DNA of 64,000 nucleotides, from positions 806,001-870,000 of the forward strand of contig CM120643.1 in NCBI GenBank assembly GCA_051362555.1, read 5' to 3'. Made by a program: the position numbers and the translations under genes. Shown in pieces: positions 1 through 14,898 of this stretch; within the stretch, counting starts at the first letter, position 1; every line of letters starts with the position of its first letter. This DNA comes from Lingula anatina (taxonomy: Eukaryota > Animalia > Brachiopoda). The notes under the pieces are model-generated. The model was not told the origin of the DNA. It worked only from the letters and a program-made list of their open reading frames with translations, and did no database searches.

Positions 1-29
1 GGAGCATATCAAAACAAATTGTCACTCAC

Positions 30-234
30 CTAACTGGTTTTACTTCAGTACAATCTGTGTCTTGCTATTTGCATACAGTTTCATGTGCCGCCCAAGGTTT
101 AGATAGAAAGTTGACCTCTCGACCTGATGGCAAACTAACCCAGCAATAGGCAGCAGACGGAATGAGCTGCCATGACATACCACATGTGAAGAATCCTGCG
201 TCATATGTCATGACTGGTAACCTTCTGTTTAAAC
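30..234 (-). other. Candidate exon of the minus-strand gene (non-coding if spliced at 30; 54-nt phase 1/1 coding exon GLNRRLPVMTYDAGFFTCG if the donor after 181 is used)
   Basis: Minus-strand acceptor ctatttttcag|G before 234; donors TAG|gtgagt after 30 and GTG|gtatgt after 181. All three frames stop before position 30. No homology recognised. Confidence 0.35.
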
Positions 235-734
235 CTGAAAAATAGGATGTAAACCAGGTGAATAAATTGAAAAGATGTACGGATTTCACTTTAAATTGCA
301 CAAAAAATTTAAAACCAGACATGTCAGATAAAAATCATATTGCCATTCATATAATCATTTGAATTAAAAAATTATGTAAAGATACCAGCTAATTAGCAAC
401 AATCATATCTAAGAAATCTTTTTCAAGAAGATTGACTGAGAAATACATTTACTTCAACCTGAAAAAAGTCTCTCAGTATTTCATGAAAGCCTTATACATA
501 CTCATTCCTTTCTGATTTCACATAACCATTACCTGCATGCCTGTGAAATGCAGTCTAATTAAACAGATGGAATAGAAGTTAATGTACTGCTCTCAATTCC
601 AAGATGCCCTTTAAGCTTTTATGGGAAAAAGATTCCAATCTTTATTCACGTTTTTCTACAGCATGAGACTGACAGTAGGTATTTGTCTGGGAAATAGCTT
701 CACATCGCACTGGAGCCTTAATATGAACCAAGTC

Positions 735-758
735 AGAGAGAGAGAGAGAGAGAGAGAG
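735..758. repeat. (AG)n microsatellite
   Basis: Directly visible. Confidence 0.95.
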
Positions 759-3693
759 GGTTGTTGAACTTCTTTTCCGGGAAATATGAATTCTTCCGGC
801 ATCAGTGTGGGGCACACTTAAATATGAAGGAAGTTGACTGTCCCTTCTTATCTAGGAGAGTTAGCAGATTTTCTATTTAACCAAAGAAATTGTACTGATG
901 TCTTATTGAAATATTCCATAAAAATTTCGCAATCTTTATTCTAATGTGAAATATAATAAAAAAAGATATCAATGATAAATCAGCACTACATGTAAATCCC
1001 AAATAAACTACCAGCAAAGGATCTGCTACATGTACATGTATATACTGGTTAAATAATCTCCATCCAAAATTACTTTCAATCAGAGAAACAGCTATACAAA
1101 TAACACCAAAGAATTGTTTTGTCCAAGCTGTCACCATCTGATAATAACACACCTGTCACTCTCTGACGCTACTAACATGGCTGTGACAAATATTCTGGTG
1201 ACAGCTTACATCTCCAAAAGACAACAACTGGTGACAATATTCGTGAAATCTTTAGTCTCTTGTTTTTTTCCTTGACTGAGCTCCTGTCATGCTATGTTGT
1301 CAACTTCTCAATGTCATTACTGTCACATGTAAGATGACAAATATAACAGGTGCCCTGAGAGCTTCACCTCACACATTCAGGTTGGGTGAGGCTCTATAAA
1401 TAATGGCTATTAATCACATTTTTACTTTGTTCTAACAGGGCACAGTTATCTCACAAAAAGTAATAGATCCTGCATTCTACAGTAAGACAAGAATAAGGAC
1501 AAATGAGGAACAACAGTGGAGTCAGATGAGCTAGGAGATGTCCTCGAGGTCCGTATATATACTGTTCCCATAACTGATATAAATAAAATTTAATAAATAA
1601 AGATAAAGGTATGTTGCCAACTTTTGCTGGTTACTTATGTATGGCCATAAATCACAGCGCCTGTGGTGCAAGAGTAATGATTGCAATTAAATTGAGGGCA
1701 TACAGCATGTCATTTCAACCTATCAAATTTCACCTCATCAGGGAAGGTTACGTACTGTTTGAACATCTCGTACCCAGGGTGTTTTCACTCATAGTAACCA
1801 CGAGTTTGAATGATAAAGACCCTTTAACATTATACTGACATTAAACCATTACATACTTTTTGTGAGCACACAGAAAATTAGATGACTTTATTCAATATTA
1901 CAATTACACCTGACTTCCTCATGCTCATATCTCATCATGGAAAAAAAGAGTCATATGACCTCACATTCCTATTTCAACCTTAAAAACATGAACCTTGGCT
2001 GCTGAGCTTTATCTCTGCTCCATCAACTCTTACTCCTACACAACAAAACTCCTCAACATAATTCACAACTTAAATGACATTATGGTCTGTCTAACCTCTG
2101 CCAAAGAGAAACACTGCCCCCCTTTTCTCCATTCCAGCCTCATAAAGTTTACCTGACAACATTTAATCGCCTTATTACACATCTGAGAAAAAATGTCAAT
2201 GTTTTTAACTCGAGATTGAATTACAACTTAAAGAAGATTAAGTTTCATCATCTCCCGCCCACTACTGCCAACATAACTGGTATACACCCAACTTCTAGAC
2301 CACAATATTACTTCCCAGCTTTCAACATGTTACCAAAAACCATCTGGCAGTTATTGAACCTAAAAGAGAGTTAAGATAAAATCCAGGAAAAAGATGCTAG
2401 GTTTGTACCCTGCTGTTACGTGATTCCTGAGCAAAATGATGACAGCAGGAGGTCAGGTTAATGACAGGATTAAATCAGAATTCCCAGCAGGATCTACGGG
2501 GTACAATAACATCAAAACTATTTCAAAGTCTACTTTTCGGTGTTAGTCTCAAAACACTTTTCCTCAAAGTAGTCCTGAATATGTTCTACACATCAGAAAT
2601 GTAGAGGTTACAACTAAACTATGGTACATAATTATTATTAAGAAACAAAATGTCTTCAGCATGCATATCATATGATAACACAGCCTGAATTAAATAAGTC
2701 CAGATTGCACAATAACATTAAGTTTAAATAATACACACTTTGATCTAAAAAAAAGCAATCACCTGCCATGATATATTGGACTTCATTAACTATATAAAAG
2801 TACTTCTGAATCAGTTTATTATAGCTTGACTGTTCTAAATATTTACTTTAAGGATGATCGACAGGCTTATAGTCTAAGACTATTGCCACTTAAACATTTA
2901 TTTTTTCATTTCAAATGATTTAAGTACTTCTGAAATATATGCATTCAACTCTTGTTGCTAGACAGTTGCTTTAATTTTCAAACTACAACAGAACAAATTA
3001 AGTTAGCCAACAGCGGTGATCACAAAACTGAAAAAAATATTCTTAAAAAACAAAATAAAAAATCTATCCTTGTGCATGAAGAGGACAAATAATAAACTAT
3101 ATTTATATTCAATATCACACAGACAAATGTGAGGTAATTCCTGTACGTGGGGTTCCTCATGACTCTCCTGACTGCTAAAAATGGCAATCCCCTTCAGGAG
3201 GTGGAGAGGAAAGGCCACTGTGGGTTATTTTTAACTTCTCTGACATTCTATACAACAACTCGTCTGCCTACCTCTACTATTGCCTCAGTCTGAGTTCACA
3301 CACCTGACACTGGCGACAAAACCTCAGAATATTTCAGGGTAATTGTATAGATCTACTTTCTTGTGTATGTATGTTTGGGGGGGGGGGGGTCAACAAACAT
3401 TTAGATGTTTTTCTTTTGGGGGAAGGAGGACAGTAAATACTTTAAAAAATGAGTGGTGAGTTTATTTCAAACAGCCAAATTCTCAAAAAAGTTTTGGAGG
3501 TTGAAATTTATCCATATTGTTCAGCACAAAGAGGTAAAGAAGTTATGAATTAATAAAAAATCTCTAAGAATTTTGAGCCCTCTACCACAGAGTTGCATAG
3601 CATATTCCTCTTGGTTTCAAGAACTGATTGCAGTTACCACAAACCTTATCATCAACCCTGGCAGGTGAAACATAATGAACACATGAGGAAGCA

Positions 3694-3829
3694 TTCTACT
3701 CTAGCTAGCTATCTCTACTCTAGCCAGCTATCTCTACTCTAACCAGCTATCTCTACTCCAGCCAGCTATCTCCACTCTAGCCAGCTATCTCTATACTCTA
3801 GCCAGCTATCTCTACTCTAGCCAGCTATC
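3694..3829. repeat. Minisatellite, 19-bp unit CTCTACTCTAGCCAGCTAT, about 7 copies
   Basis: Tandem copies with single substitutions and one 2-bp insertion. Confidence 0.95.
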
Positions 3830-5360
3830 AGGTCAAGAAATTATTGACTGAACACAAAACATCTGTTTCAACATTTTGTCTCAATTCACATGTGTGAAAG
3901 TTGTACAAACTGAAAATCCTGAAAACGTTCCTTGTAAAAAATTTTGTCTCAATATTGTGTGTAAATCTTACGTTCAATGTGTCACAGATAAAAAAATCCT
4001 GGTTAATGAATGTTAATCTGTAAAGTACATACCGCAGTGCACCAGATGAGTTTTATTTTCAAAGAGTGCCTCACAGAATGTGCTAGAGAGGAGCAGACAT
4101 CAGATGTGGTAGTTGTGACAATGTCTCACCTAACACAATTAACAACTCTTCACCAGACAGAACTCTCTCAGGACAGAAGAAGCTTCCTGTACCCACTTCA
4201 ACATTCTCCGTCATGGTCTGTTGGACTTTGGTTTCTGATTAAGCCCAGTTTCGGCATTTAACTTTTTTCTTATAACATAGGGTTGGGTGAAAATACTGAC
4301 ATATTTTTTCCAATATCATATTCATAGAAATCTTTATAAAATAACCAAATTTGGTCTTTGTTAATCCTACCTAAAAAGTTATGATCACAATGTTATAAAA
4401 TGAAACTAGAAAACAGCCTTTTCCAATCAAGTTATACCACAAAGGCGCAAAATGTAATTTCCTGCAGACGAAGATTGTAGGAAATAGGAAGAGCCAATTC
4501 CATTCCACTGGGACAAGATTCCTGACAGCTACACTGTACATACAACCATAAACACTGAAAAGTGACAAGAGTACAAACTACCTGTAGATCTGCCTCACCT
4601 GTTCTTATCAACAACCCTGGGATTTCACACATCAGGTCTACTTCTATATTTTATTTCATTTCATAACTATATACTTATTCACAAAATCCCTTCTGTCAAG
4701 AGCTGTACTTCCTTCTTAGAACTAGTACATGTTATCCTCTCTGTCAGGTATGTGTCAATCTAGATGCAAAGGTTTTGATCAGTTTACCATCAGAAAGAAG
4801 ACATCTTTCAGCTGTTCTCTGCTAGCCACCCAGGTTAGCAGTACCGTCTGATCCATCACTGTCAAAGTTTAATGTGTACACAGCAAAGTGCACTTAATAC
4901 TTCTTCAGGGTCTGGTCAGCCACGGTCAATAGGGGCTACTCATGAAGAGTCACTCCTGGGGGCTTAATTTCTACATGTTCAGGTTAAAAAAAATTGAAGG
5001 AAGAGTGCTGAGACAGCTGCATTCAACTCTGCTGTAACAATGAATGTTTTAGTCTTAACTCAAGATAGCAGGTGCTTGTTAGGGCCTTCTCTGAACATAA
5101 ACAAAAAAGATTCAGTGCCCTTTTGTCTGACATATAAAAACAGTATCTGTAGACTTTAAAATTTAAAACCAGAGTACAACAAAAATATGGAATCACTGAT
5201 ATAGAATTTAGCAAGTTGTTGTATCCTAAGTTCTGGGCACACCCTTTTCTTGTCTTGCCATTGGCATCAGGTATAAAGTAGAACTCCTCAACATTAATTA
5301 ATTTGATCTACGTCAATGTGGAATAAAGCAGGAAGACCACACCTGTCTACACTTTGCTTC

Positions 5361-5363
<3 letters not shown>

Positions 5364-5409
<46 letters not shown>

Positions 5410-5436
5410 TGTGTGTGTGTGTGTGTGTGAGAGAGA
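5364..5436. repeat. Compound (TG)n/(AG)n microsatellite
   Basis: Directly visible. Confidence 0.95.
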
Positions 5437-7394
5437 TGATAAATTGAGGATAGAGTGAAGAACTTATACTTCATGAAGACAGGGCGCAGCTGGCTCCTGT
5501 AATTAAATTACTAGTGGTTTGTTACCCTAAAATAACAAACATTGACAGATCAAGTGGCCTCCTTTTTTAAAATGTCCATTTGCAATATTTGATAAAACGC
5601 GACAGAATTTAGTGATCTCAGGTGCATTATACATTTGTGCAACTTAAAACTTCCTTGGAATTAAATATTTTTCCAGAAACTTCATCAGAGCATGCAATGT
5701 TTAAGTAGAATTTTGAAAATGAGATCTCTGGAAAATGGATCTTTGAAAAGGTCAATCATCTGTTCAGTTTTGTTGAGCACATTATCAAATTACTAATTTT
5801 TCTTGTCATTTAGACAATCTGAGGGCAAACATACATAAAATATAGTTTAAGGGGAAATTTACAAGACATAAAATCAAATGATAAATAATCCTGGGATTTT
5901 TCTTTTCAATTTGCAAAAACTTACAACCATCAATCTAGTGCAATCAAGCATTATCTCTGTCATATACATGAACAAAAAGAATTTAAAAAAAAAATCTTTA
6001 CATACAACATGTTAACTGACTTCACTGTAGAGGGATAAAACATTGAGGGGTGACAGGTGTCTATCGGTACTTCCTTACTTTTTTTTTATTTGTAAAAGCT
6101 TTTTGAATGTGACTTAACTCAGTTACATTTATTTTTTTATTCCAACAAGTAAGGTAAAATAATCTTTAGAACCCTATACCTTTAAAGCAACACTGACTTC
6201 TAATGATAGTCCTGTTTTAAATCAAGAGTTGCAAGAGACTCTTTGTTTTTTTATTTTTCTCATCGCTTTTCAAACCCAGGATCAAAATGATCTTGAGCCT
6301 TCAGGACACACGTACTTTTAATGAAACCCCTCTATTTCTAAGGAAGTGCCCACTAAGAGTGGCATGTTGTTATTTACCAACAGGTCTTGGATGTCAAGTT
6401 TTTACTGACTTTTATTTTTAATCTCAACTTTAAAAATCTTACTACCATCAAAATACTGTTTGTAAACCAAAGATAAAAGTACTTCCAATGAAGTGCTAAA
6501 AGTTTCCTGTAAGTTCTTGAAACAAAAGTATTTTTTTTTACAAAATAAAGAACAAAAGATGCACTTAAAGCTCTCAGTCTTCCACAATAACAATGGTTGT
6601 CATGGCAACAGAGCCAGTGAACCAGACTCTGTCATAACCTTCTCTCTGGGCAAGTCAGGAAGTGGCAGAAATAAACAGTTCCTTTGCTGTATCTCAACAG
6701 TAATAAACAAAATGACATTTACACAGAAGTGTTTTTGGAATTGACAGTTTTGCATCTTGTAGTGTGTTGAAGCTTCTGAGGGGTGGACAAGAAATCATAA
6801 AACATGCTGGTTAATTAATGGTTTAAGTCTTCACAAATAAGTTCAAACAGAGAAAATGGGAGCTAAAACACTGGCCTATCAGTTGATGAAAACTTTTATG
6901 GCATTTAATTGCAATAATTACGATAGTCTTTCACATAACCTATTCTGACGGAACCTTTTGTATTTACGGTCAAAAGAGTGCTCCTGTACAATAATAAAGT
7001 GGCCTCCTTGCTGAAAAACAGCACAGATGTCATATCCTATCATATACATACTACCTCATCCCAGTTCCTTGAAACCACAAAGAAAAAATCTTAACAAAGC
7101 AGTTCCTTTTGTCCTGAAAAGGGCAATTCTTTACTTTCACTTATTTCCTGAGCTCAAAATGTCAGCGCTATCAAGGAGTTCTGAGAATCTTTGCCCTATT
7201 TACAAAACTGGAGACACAGATGATAGAATTGACAAACATCGCTGGAGCATGACGAAAAGAAACAAAAGTTTTCTTTCCTTTGCTATGTCCTACATTTTCC
7301 GTGGATACTTTGACATTTGACTTACTGATGCCTTCAAAGATTGCCAGGCAGTAATAAATGTATTTCTGCAGTTTTAATAAAAATGGTAGAAACT

Positions 7395-7397
<3 letters not shown>

Positions 7398-7469
<72 letters not shown>
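7398..7469. repeat. Compound (AC)n/(TC)n microsatellite
   Basis: Directly visible. Confidence 0.95.
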
Positions 7470-10400
7470 TGAAACTTCGTAGCTCTATCCCCTCCCCCCC
7501 TCCCCCAACCAACAGCATATATAAGTACAATACAGAAAAGTTGGTGATTATATACATATATGAGTACACTGGAAACAGATGGTGATTCCCATAATCATAT
7601 GGCTACATGTATTAAGCCATAACTGTAGAAAAAATGGTACATGTATTTCTTGTAAAGATCAGTAATTGTGTCCTGCATATCTTGACTTACGAAAGTACAT
7701 GTAGCATATTAGTCTAATAATGCTTGTGGAATTTTCCAACAATTAATTTACATACTAACAATGGTGGGCTTTATATAAAGGACCATTTCTTGTAATTGCC
7801 TCATCTTCTTGTCTTTGTCTGGTATCATAACTTGGGGAAATAAGGACAAAAAACAGTGCATCTTGATTCATTTAAAAAATCAATTTTAGTTGCTAAATTA
7901 CCTTGACATTTTCAGATTTCCACTTCAAACTGCTCTCTACTGCTTGACTGCTTTATGATGACGATAATGATAATTCTTTACTTGATATAAAGGGGTAGAT
8001 TATTTTTCAAAACTAATTAACTGAAATTCTTAAAGTATTTGCAAATGATACAACCACTTCTATATAGGCAATCATGTCAATACTCTGTCTACTGTCTTTG
8101 CAAAGGGGAATTCTCAAATCATCAATTAGAAAAAAAAAAAAATGAAATAAATGTATTAGTAACAATTGCAGAGAATCTTTGTTAATGTCAATCCTAAACA
8201 TTTATACATTTTTCAAAGGGTTAAGAGCTTATCTTCTCTCTAAATTCAGTTCAGTGTCTAACAACACTGACATTTGTTGAGTTCCAAATCACAGCAGAAT
8301 TCATCTCAAGTCCAGGTTATTAGTAATATCAATCCTTAGGAAGACCAAACATATCTATTTTTCCAAGAGTGGCAAAGTTGGCCATTTATTGAAACTAAGG
8401 TCATCTTGACCTTTTCCATTCCTTAAAACTCAAACATTTTCTGAGTAATTAATTGCAATGCCATCAGTTCAAGGGATATTTATAGCAGCTTCTCACCACT
8501 GAGAGTCTAAACTTGACCTAGGTTCTTTAACACAACAAATGCATTCTCATTCATACAACTTTTTTTTCAAATTTTCTTTAAAATGGTGGGTGGCAGTGGC
8601 TTTTTAAGATTAATTTTTATTATATGTATGATGCTGGAGAATGGGAGTTAATGAGAAAGAATTTCCTTAAACTGAATCATTTTTACTCCTTTTAAGCCAT
8701 TACTCCTTACAAAATATTCCACACAAAAAAGCAATTATGAGCTTGTGTCAAACTATTAAATGCAATCAAAATTCTGTTCCAAAATGCAAAGTACCAAATA
8801 TTATATTTATAATATAATCCATCACCAGGCTTATCAATGTCAACTGACAGCCATCTCCTTGTGAGGGTGTCTTCTGATTTTTTTACCTGACCAGTGACTT
8901 AATGTGGTGCTTCAATCTCGCCAATCTGCTCTGCATTTTTCTTTCACAGGTAAAAAAAAAAGCCCCCTTTTTCTTTGATCATTTGCCTACGCAATGCTCA
9001 AGTGAATTCAGTCACTCTGTATAAAAAAGAATGCCAATAAACTACCAATGGCCAAAGAAGTATTTATTGAAAACCTTGTAATCTCTCTACTCAGTAATAA
9101 TGGTAATGGGAAAATCATGTAATTGTAGATCATTGAACATCTCCAAAATCACTTCCTATGACGTCAGAGATAATATGTAATTTTCACAGATGAGAGAACA
9201 AGGAGTCAGAATTATTTCTCCACACTGATAATCTACTAAATTGAATAATCTTACATCATGAAATTGGGCATTAAAGCTAAATAAGCAGGAAAAGCCTACA
9301 GACTGAAATGATGCTTAGGCTGTCAAATTTTTGGAAATTTCACTTCACGAACTCCCCAAAGCAGGCAAAAATGAGTAAAACTAATGTGTGCATCACCATG
9401 GCAACAATCCCAGACATCTACTCTGTGGTTTTAGAGAGGGAGGTGAATAAAAGTCTGATGTCATAAAATTATCCTTAAAAAATAAAGTCATTAGGCCACT
9501 CTGGAGAACTACGGAAGAAGATGAAATTATCTCAACAGGAGAGCTTTCAAAATGTTCTAAACAGTCCATGATGTCTTTCCCCCCATGCTGATGACACAGG
9601 ACCATGTGACGTTAAATCCATTCAGGTCTTTACTGCCGCGTTTACACAAACATCTACGCTCCGCACCCTAGGATATGCACCAGTCCAACAGAAACATTTC
9701 AGACAGGACACCAAATACCTGGTTTTGTGTCCAAATGCCATAAAAGCCATTTCCTTCTGTTATTACATGTAGGAATTAACATCATGCCAAGAACCCTGTG
9801 AGGTATTTACATTTTGGAGGAATATTTAAATTCTGGCCCAAATAACAAGGCAGTTTATCTACCTTAGACTGCAGTCTCTACCTGTATTGCCTATCTACTT
9901 GTGTCTGACCACATTTTGCATGCTTTTAAAAAAATTAACAAAGTCCCCCCCCCCCCACACACACACACACACAAACAGATCTTGCTATCCTGCCGTATCT
10001 CACAGTGTTATATTAACTCTAAGCCATTGATTGTTCATTTATTCCATTAGGTAAAAATCTAAATGCACAGAATTCCCAAGTAAAATAATAAATGAGAATA
10101 GTCACACAATCTTCAGTGACATGCTGCCCCAGAACAATGAGTGCACTCAGCTGATTGCAATCCACCCAGTTTAAAATAATAAAAATGAAAACAATAGCAG
10201 GAGGTGCCCTCTCTTTTTTATATCAACAAAATCTGCATTATCACCGTTAACGACCATTCTTGTGGCAAATCAAAAACCATTATCAAATGCATTACTCATT
10301 ACTATATAGTGCTAATCTAGGAGACCTTGGAAGTAAAGTAGTATAACTGGATTTTATTGTGTACTTTAGACAAGGAGTTTACATGTAATAACATTTTTAT

Positions 10401-13265
10401 AAATTCACCTCCTAGCTAAAGGAAAAATAAAGAAAAACAGCACTTCAAGTTGAAAGTACATGTTGAATACAAATAACTATTTTTACCAAACGAGAGGAAC
10501 ATTTGTGAAAAGAAAAATCATGAAAAAATAAAACTGCATGCACCAAAATATCATAAGCCGGTGGAACAGCTGAACCGTGAAAATGTCAGCTGTATATATA
10601 CTCTGTCTATAACTAGGATTTGGCAAGGTTATCAGAGATACATTATATCCTACCCAAGACCATCTTAGTAGTGCCTGAAAAATTGTTCAAGAACAAAGAA
10701 AAAGAGAAGAAGCAGAATTAACTGCGTAGTTTGTTTGTCAGCAGACTGGACTGTCAGCTCCCTCTGGTGGAGGATATATTTATAACGGTCTACAGGGCTA
10801 CCCTAAACTGCAGGATTCTCCTGTCAACCTTGACACCTGACAAAGTTTAGGTAAGAGATCAAAAGTTTTTTTCTATAATAATGTGTATTCAATATACTGT
10901 TCTTCCCTTGCCTGGATTTTGAGCTATCAAACGTTGTCTCCATGTCACATACAATGTTAAAACCCTGATCATCAAGCCAGCACATACTGAAACACTGACT
11001 TTTTATTGAAATAAATTTAACTCCCATCTTTTTTTAACAAAAGGCATCTACTAGTAACTATATTCTACCTATCAAATGTCCAACTGGAATTGTTTCTCCC
11101 GGAGTCTTCAAGTCTTCTCCAACTTGCCAATAACATCACCAGCCTAGCAAACTGAGAGAGAAACTTGCCCTAATTAATTTTATACAGAAAAAAATTAATC
11201 GAAGTTATTTTTTCAATTTTTCAAAATCATTTCCCTTTTATACACTAAAACCTTGATACTGACAGAATAACATGGTAATCTTTGATGCATTTTCAAAATA
11301 AACTTGGATTTGTAATCAAGTTATGAAAAAAAAGCATTTAATTGACAATCCTGAAGGTTTTGCACCAACTGAACAGATACTGCCATGTTAAGCAACACAT
11401 CTGGTGGGCAATTTTACCTTCAAACACTTTATGTGAATTATCGTGATCAATCAAGCTGAAAGATTTTGAAAAACATGCCACTGTCTTTAGCAATCAATAA
11501 TCTTCAGAATCAAGGTGAAAACGTGCAACCTTGAAAATTGACTAAAAGAGCCAAAACATGTTACATATATTTTGCAATTACCTCAGGGATGCTACTTGAT
11601 CATACTGAACTTTCAGCAGGGGGCACGTTGTTACTGACAAAATATCAATCTGTCGTTAGTAGTCCTCTGATCTATAAATCATAACTTCCTGATGGTTCTG
11701 GAGTTAGATGAAGAAATTTCTACCATACACAAAGCAAGCCATGCTTCTGTCTGTATGCAATGTATGTTCATCTTTTCACTCCACAAAAATTATTTGTATA
11801 TGAACTCCACCACTAAAATTATGAAAAATATTAACAAATAAAAGAAATATTCAAGGAATGATCATAAAAGCTGGTTTATTTGCAGCAACTTATATAAATG
11901 AAAATGATGAAGTTAATTTACATTCAGCACGAAGTCAAAAGCATTAAAATGTTCACAATTCATTCAAATGAAACCTTGTGCCAGTATCACATGTAATAAA
12001 AAAAGAGTATATGTAAGTACTTCATTTCTGAATATCAGCATTAGTTAGGATAAAGAATTAAAAATAAACTATACTGTAAAAATTATCGTCATCAGCATTT
12101 TACTTAAAAGACTTAATAAAAAAAGCAATTTATATTTATTATTGGCACTTTTACTATTAGGAAGTTTCATGCATTTTGTTTGGAAAAAAAGAAGAGAAAA
12201 ACAGTATCAGCGAAGGTAGCCGGCAGTTTGACTTTTTGATTGGTCAATTAAGTCAGCCAGGGCAACCAATACTAACCCAGTCAACATACATGCACATGTA
12301 TTACAGTGAAGCTGTGTTCACAATGCACCTAAATATGTGTAGTTTAAATCTGAATACCGTACCCGTAATTGCAATCAAGCTGGTGATTCCACAGCACATC
12401 CAGGGCAAGTTAACAGACATTCACCCTCTGTGATTGGACTGAGAACAGCCTGAGATGAAGTACATTTCACCACGTTTGGGAACCCAGAATACTACAAAAA
12501 AAAATAAAAAAAATAAATAAATATAAGAATTAAATTAAAAATAAAAGTAATAAATTACTAGTAATTCCAACAAATCTTCTTAATTTTGGTTACATTTTTA
12601 AAATCCAGCATTTTTTTTATAAATGATTTACTTGGAGGTACTCTTCTAAAAGTAGGAAAATCAAATGTTACCCCCCCCCCCTTCCCACAGTTGAAAAGAC
12701 CGGTTCAGACCCAAGAAGTGCAGGCCCAGTGTGAACCAGGCAATGTGGCTACCACATGTGGGGATTAATTATCATAGAATTGAGACATTTATATAAAAAG
12801 ACAAAACTAGATTTTTATCTAGCAGTCTGCATGCTGAGGGAGGAATGAAAGCTAACTGACGCTGGAACATTCATCTACAAAAAAGAGAAAAAGAGCTATG
12901 TATTTGTTGATTGAATTAATGTCTGCATATTGATGGACTTTTTGTCTTACACAAGCAACATGTGTGTTTGTATCTTTCTCTGCAAGATTTAACACAAACT
13001 ATAGAGCCACTGGGTCACCTAATCTGTACATTTTATGGACTATCACAACTGCAATGTAGCTTGGATTGAAGAACTGCAATAGAATTTAACGGCTTTAAGA
13101 ACTTAATGAAAACCTGCACCAAGACATCAACTGTCACAGTCTAGAGTGAAAGTCTCCAAACCAGACTACAGTGACACCAGGATGAAAGCTTTCTCCTTAA
13201 GATACACTGTTAAGACACGCTGTTAGGACATGCCTCTCGCCTCCCTCTGATAAAGCAACATTTAC

Positions 13266-14093
13266 CTGATCACCAACTCAGAATATAACTTAGGACAATT
13301 ATTTCAGATCAGAATCCTGTGTTCCAGCCCTGTATCATAAATTTCTCTCTTAATAAGAACAGATAAGTGAATTTCATCAAGTTCTACGGTGAAGGTATTT
13401 AGAAGACACCCAAGCACATCCAAACTCTCTCTACAGAGTCTACCATAGCCATAGGCAGGGTACTGCAGTACAGAAAGCAGCCAGGCAGCAACTGACAGGA
13501 CTTGGATCAACTTGGACCAGAGCTGTCAGAGCTGTCCTGATCCTCTTAGCTTTGATGAACTAGTTTGGGATGCCAGCCAAGGAAAGACACATGTCAAAGC
13601 TCTCTACAACAGTGACCTGAGCCTGTGCAATGTACTTTTACCAACACTGATCACTGGCTGCATGGACTAATTAGATCAAACCAGCCAAGTTTCTCTGTGG
13701 TAAAGATTTCCCTTCCTCACATAAAACAAGTACAAGTAGCTAGTTTTGATGAGCCAGTTGCCAGAGTGTGGAAACCATCCCGCTACATTTCAAAGCTCTC
13801 CCTCAATCTCGCTAGCTACTTAATTGTCAGTTCTGCTGAGCTGGTGCCAGTGTGTGAGCGAGAGGCAGGTAGTTAACAGACGCGAGGAGATCGTATTCAG
13901 GTGTGGGCCGTCACAGAGCATGAGGATCACTTTCTGAGCATGCACCAAGATTGCCAGGGGAACTCTTTATAACTGGAGATCACCGACAAACTTCTCACAG
14001 GTTGACAGCTAGTATCTGACTGAAGCTTGGAACTTATTCAGGAGTCGGAGCTGGAAGACGTAGAAGACTTGGAAAAAGAAGAGGAAAGGAGTG
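13266..14093 (-). other. Candidate long, mostly non-coding exon (UTR or lncRNA)
   Basis: Block is GC-richer and more complex than its flanks. Minus-strand acceptor ...ttgac...ctacctattcaaccttcag|C at 14093 and donor CAG|gtaaat after 13266. No long ORF. Plus-strand splice sites (13308-14108) are also possible. Confidence 0.3.
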
Positions 14094-14845
14094 CTGAAGG
14101 TTGAATAGGTAGGTAGATTTTGTCAAAAAAGATAAATAATTTTTTTCAATGTTTCAGATGAAAAAAAAAGAAAACTAAATGAAAAACAGAATATCATGAT
14201 ATCATCTATCTGATATCTTATATAACTGAACTTAAAGAATGACATGCGATTTCATAGGCTCTTTATATATATATATAAAGGGATAAGATGTTTTTAGAAT
14301 TTTTTACACACATTATGGGAGGAAAATATCAAAGAAAAATAAACATGTGTATGACATTTTGGTATGCCTAAAGAACCTGCAGCATGTGAGACTGTTCTTA
14401 ATTTGTGACCCAAGTACTACTTGTGATGTGACATGTTCCTATTTTCTATCAATCTCTACAAACAAAAATTAATGTTAGCGTGCAGGACTTTTTAATTCTT
14501 ACATTGAAACATGGTTAATAGAATCTGAAGATTTTTTTTTAAATTGTAAGAACTGGTGGTTGTGTCTTATTGTAAAAGAAATGTGAGTATTAAAGTTGTG
14601 TTTAAGATAATTCATTTATTCATTTGATGAAGAAAGTAAAACAACAATAACATTTCAAACACTGCACGCCAGTGTTAAAATTTCAAGTGAATTGTTTTAT
14701 CAATATCAGATGTAGTTAGAGAGCTTAAGAGTCTCCTTGAATAAAACATCTAGAGTTATAGACTGGATATATAGCAGGCCTTTTCCACATCCCTCCCTTT
14801 ATTTTACACAGAAGCCCTTTTTCTCTAAATCTTCACCTTCAAGTA

Positions 14846-14849
<4 letters not shown>

Positions 14850-14895
<46 letters not shown>
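14850..14895. repeat. (TC)n microsatellite
   Basis: Directly visible. Confidence 0.95.
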
Positions 14896-14898
<3 letters not shown>

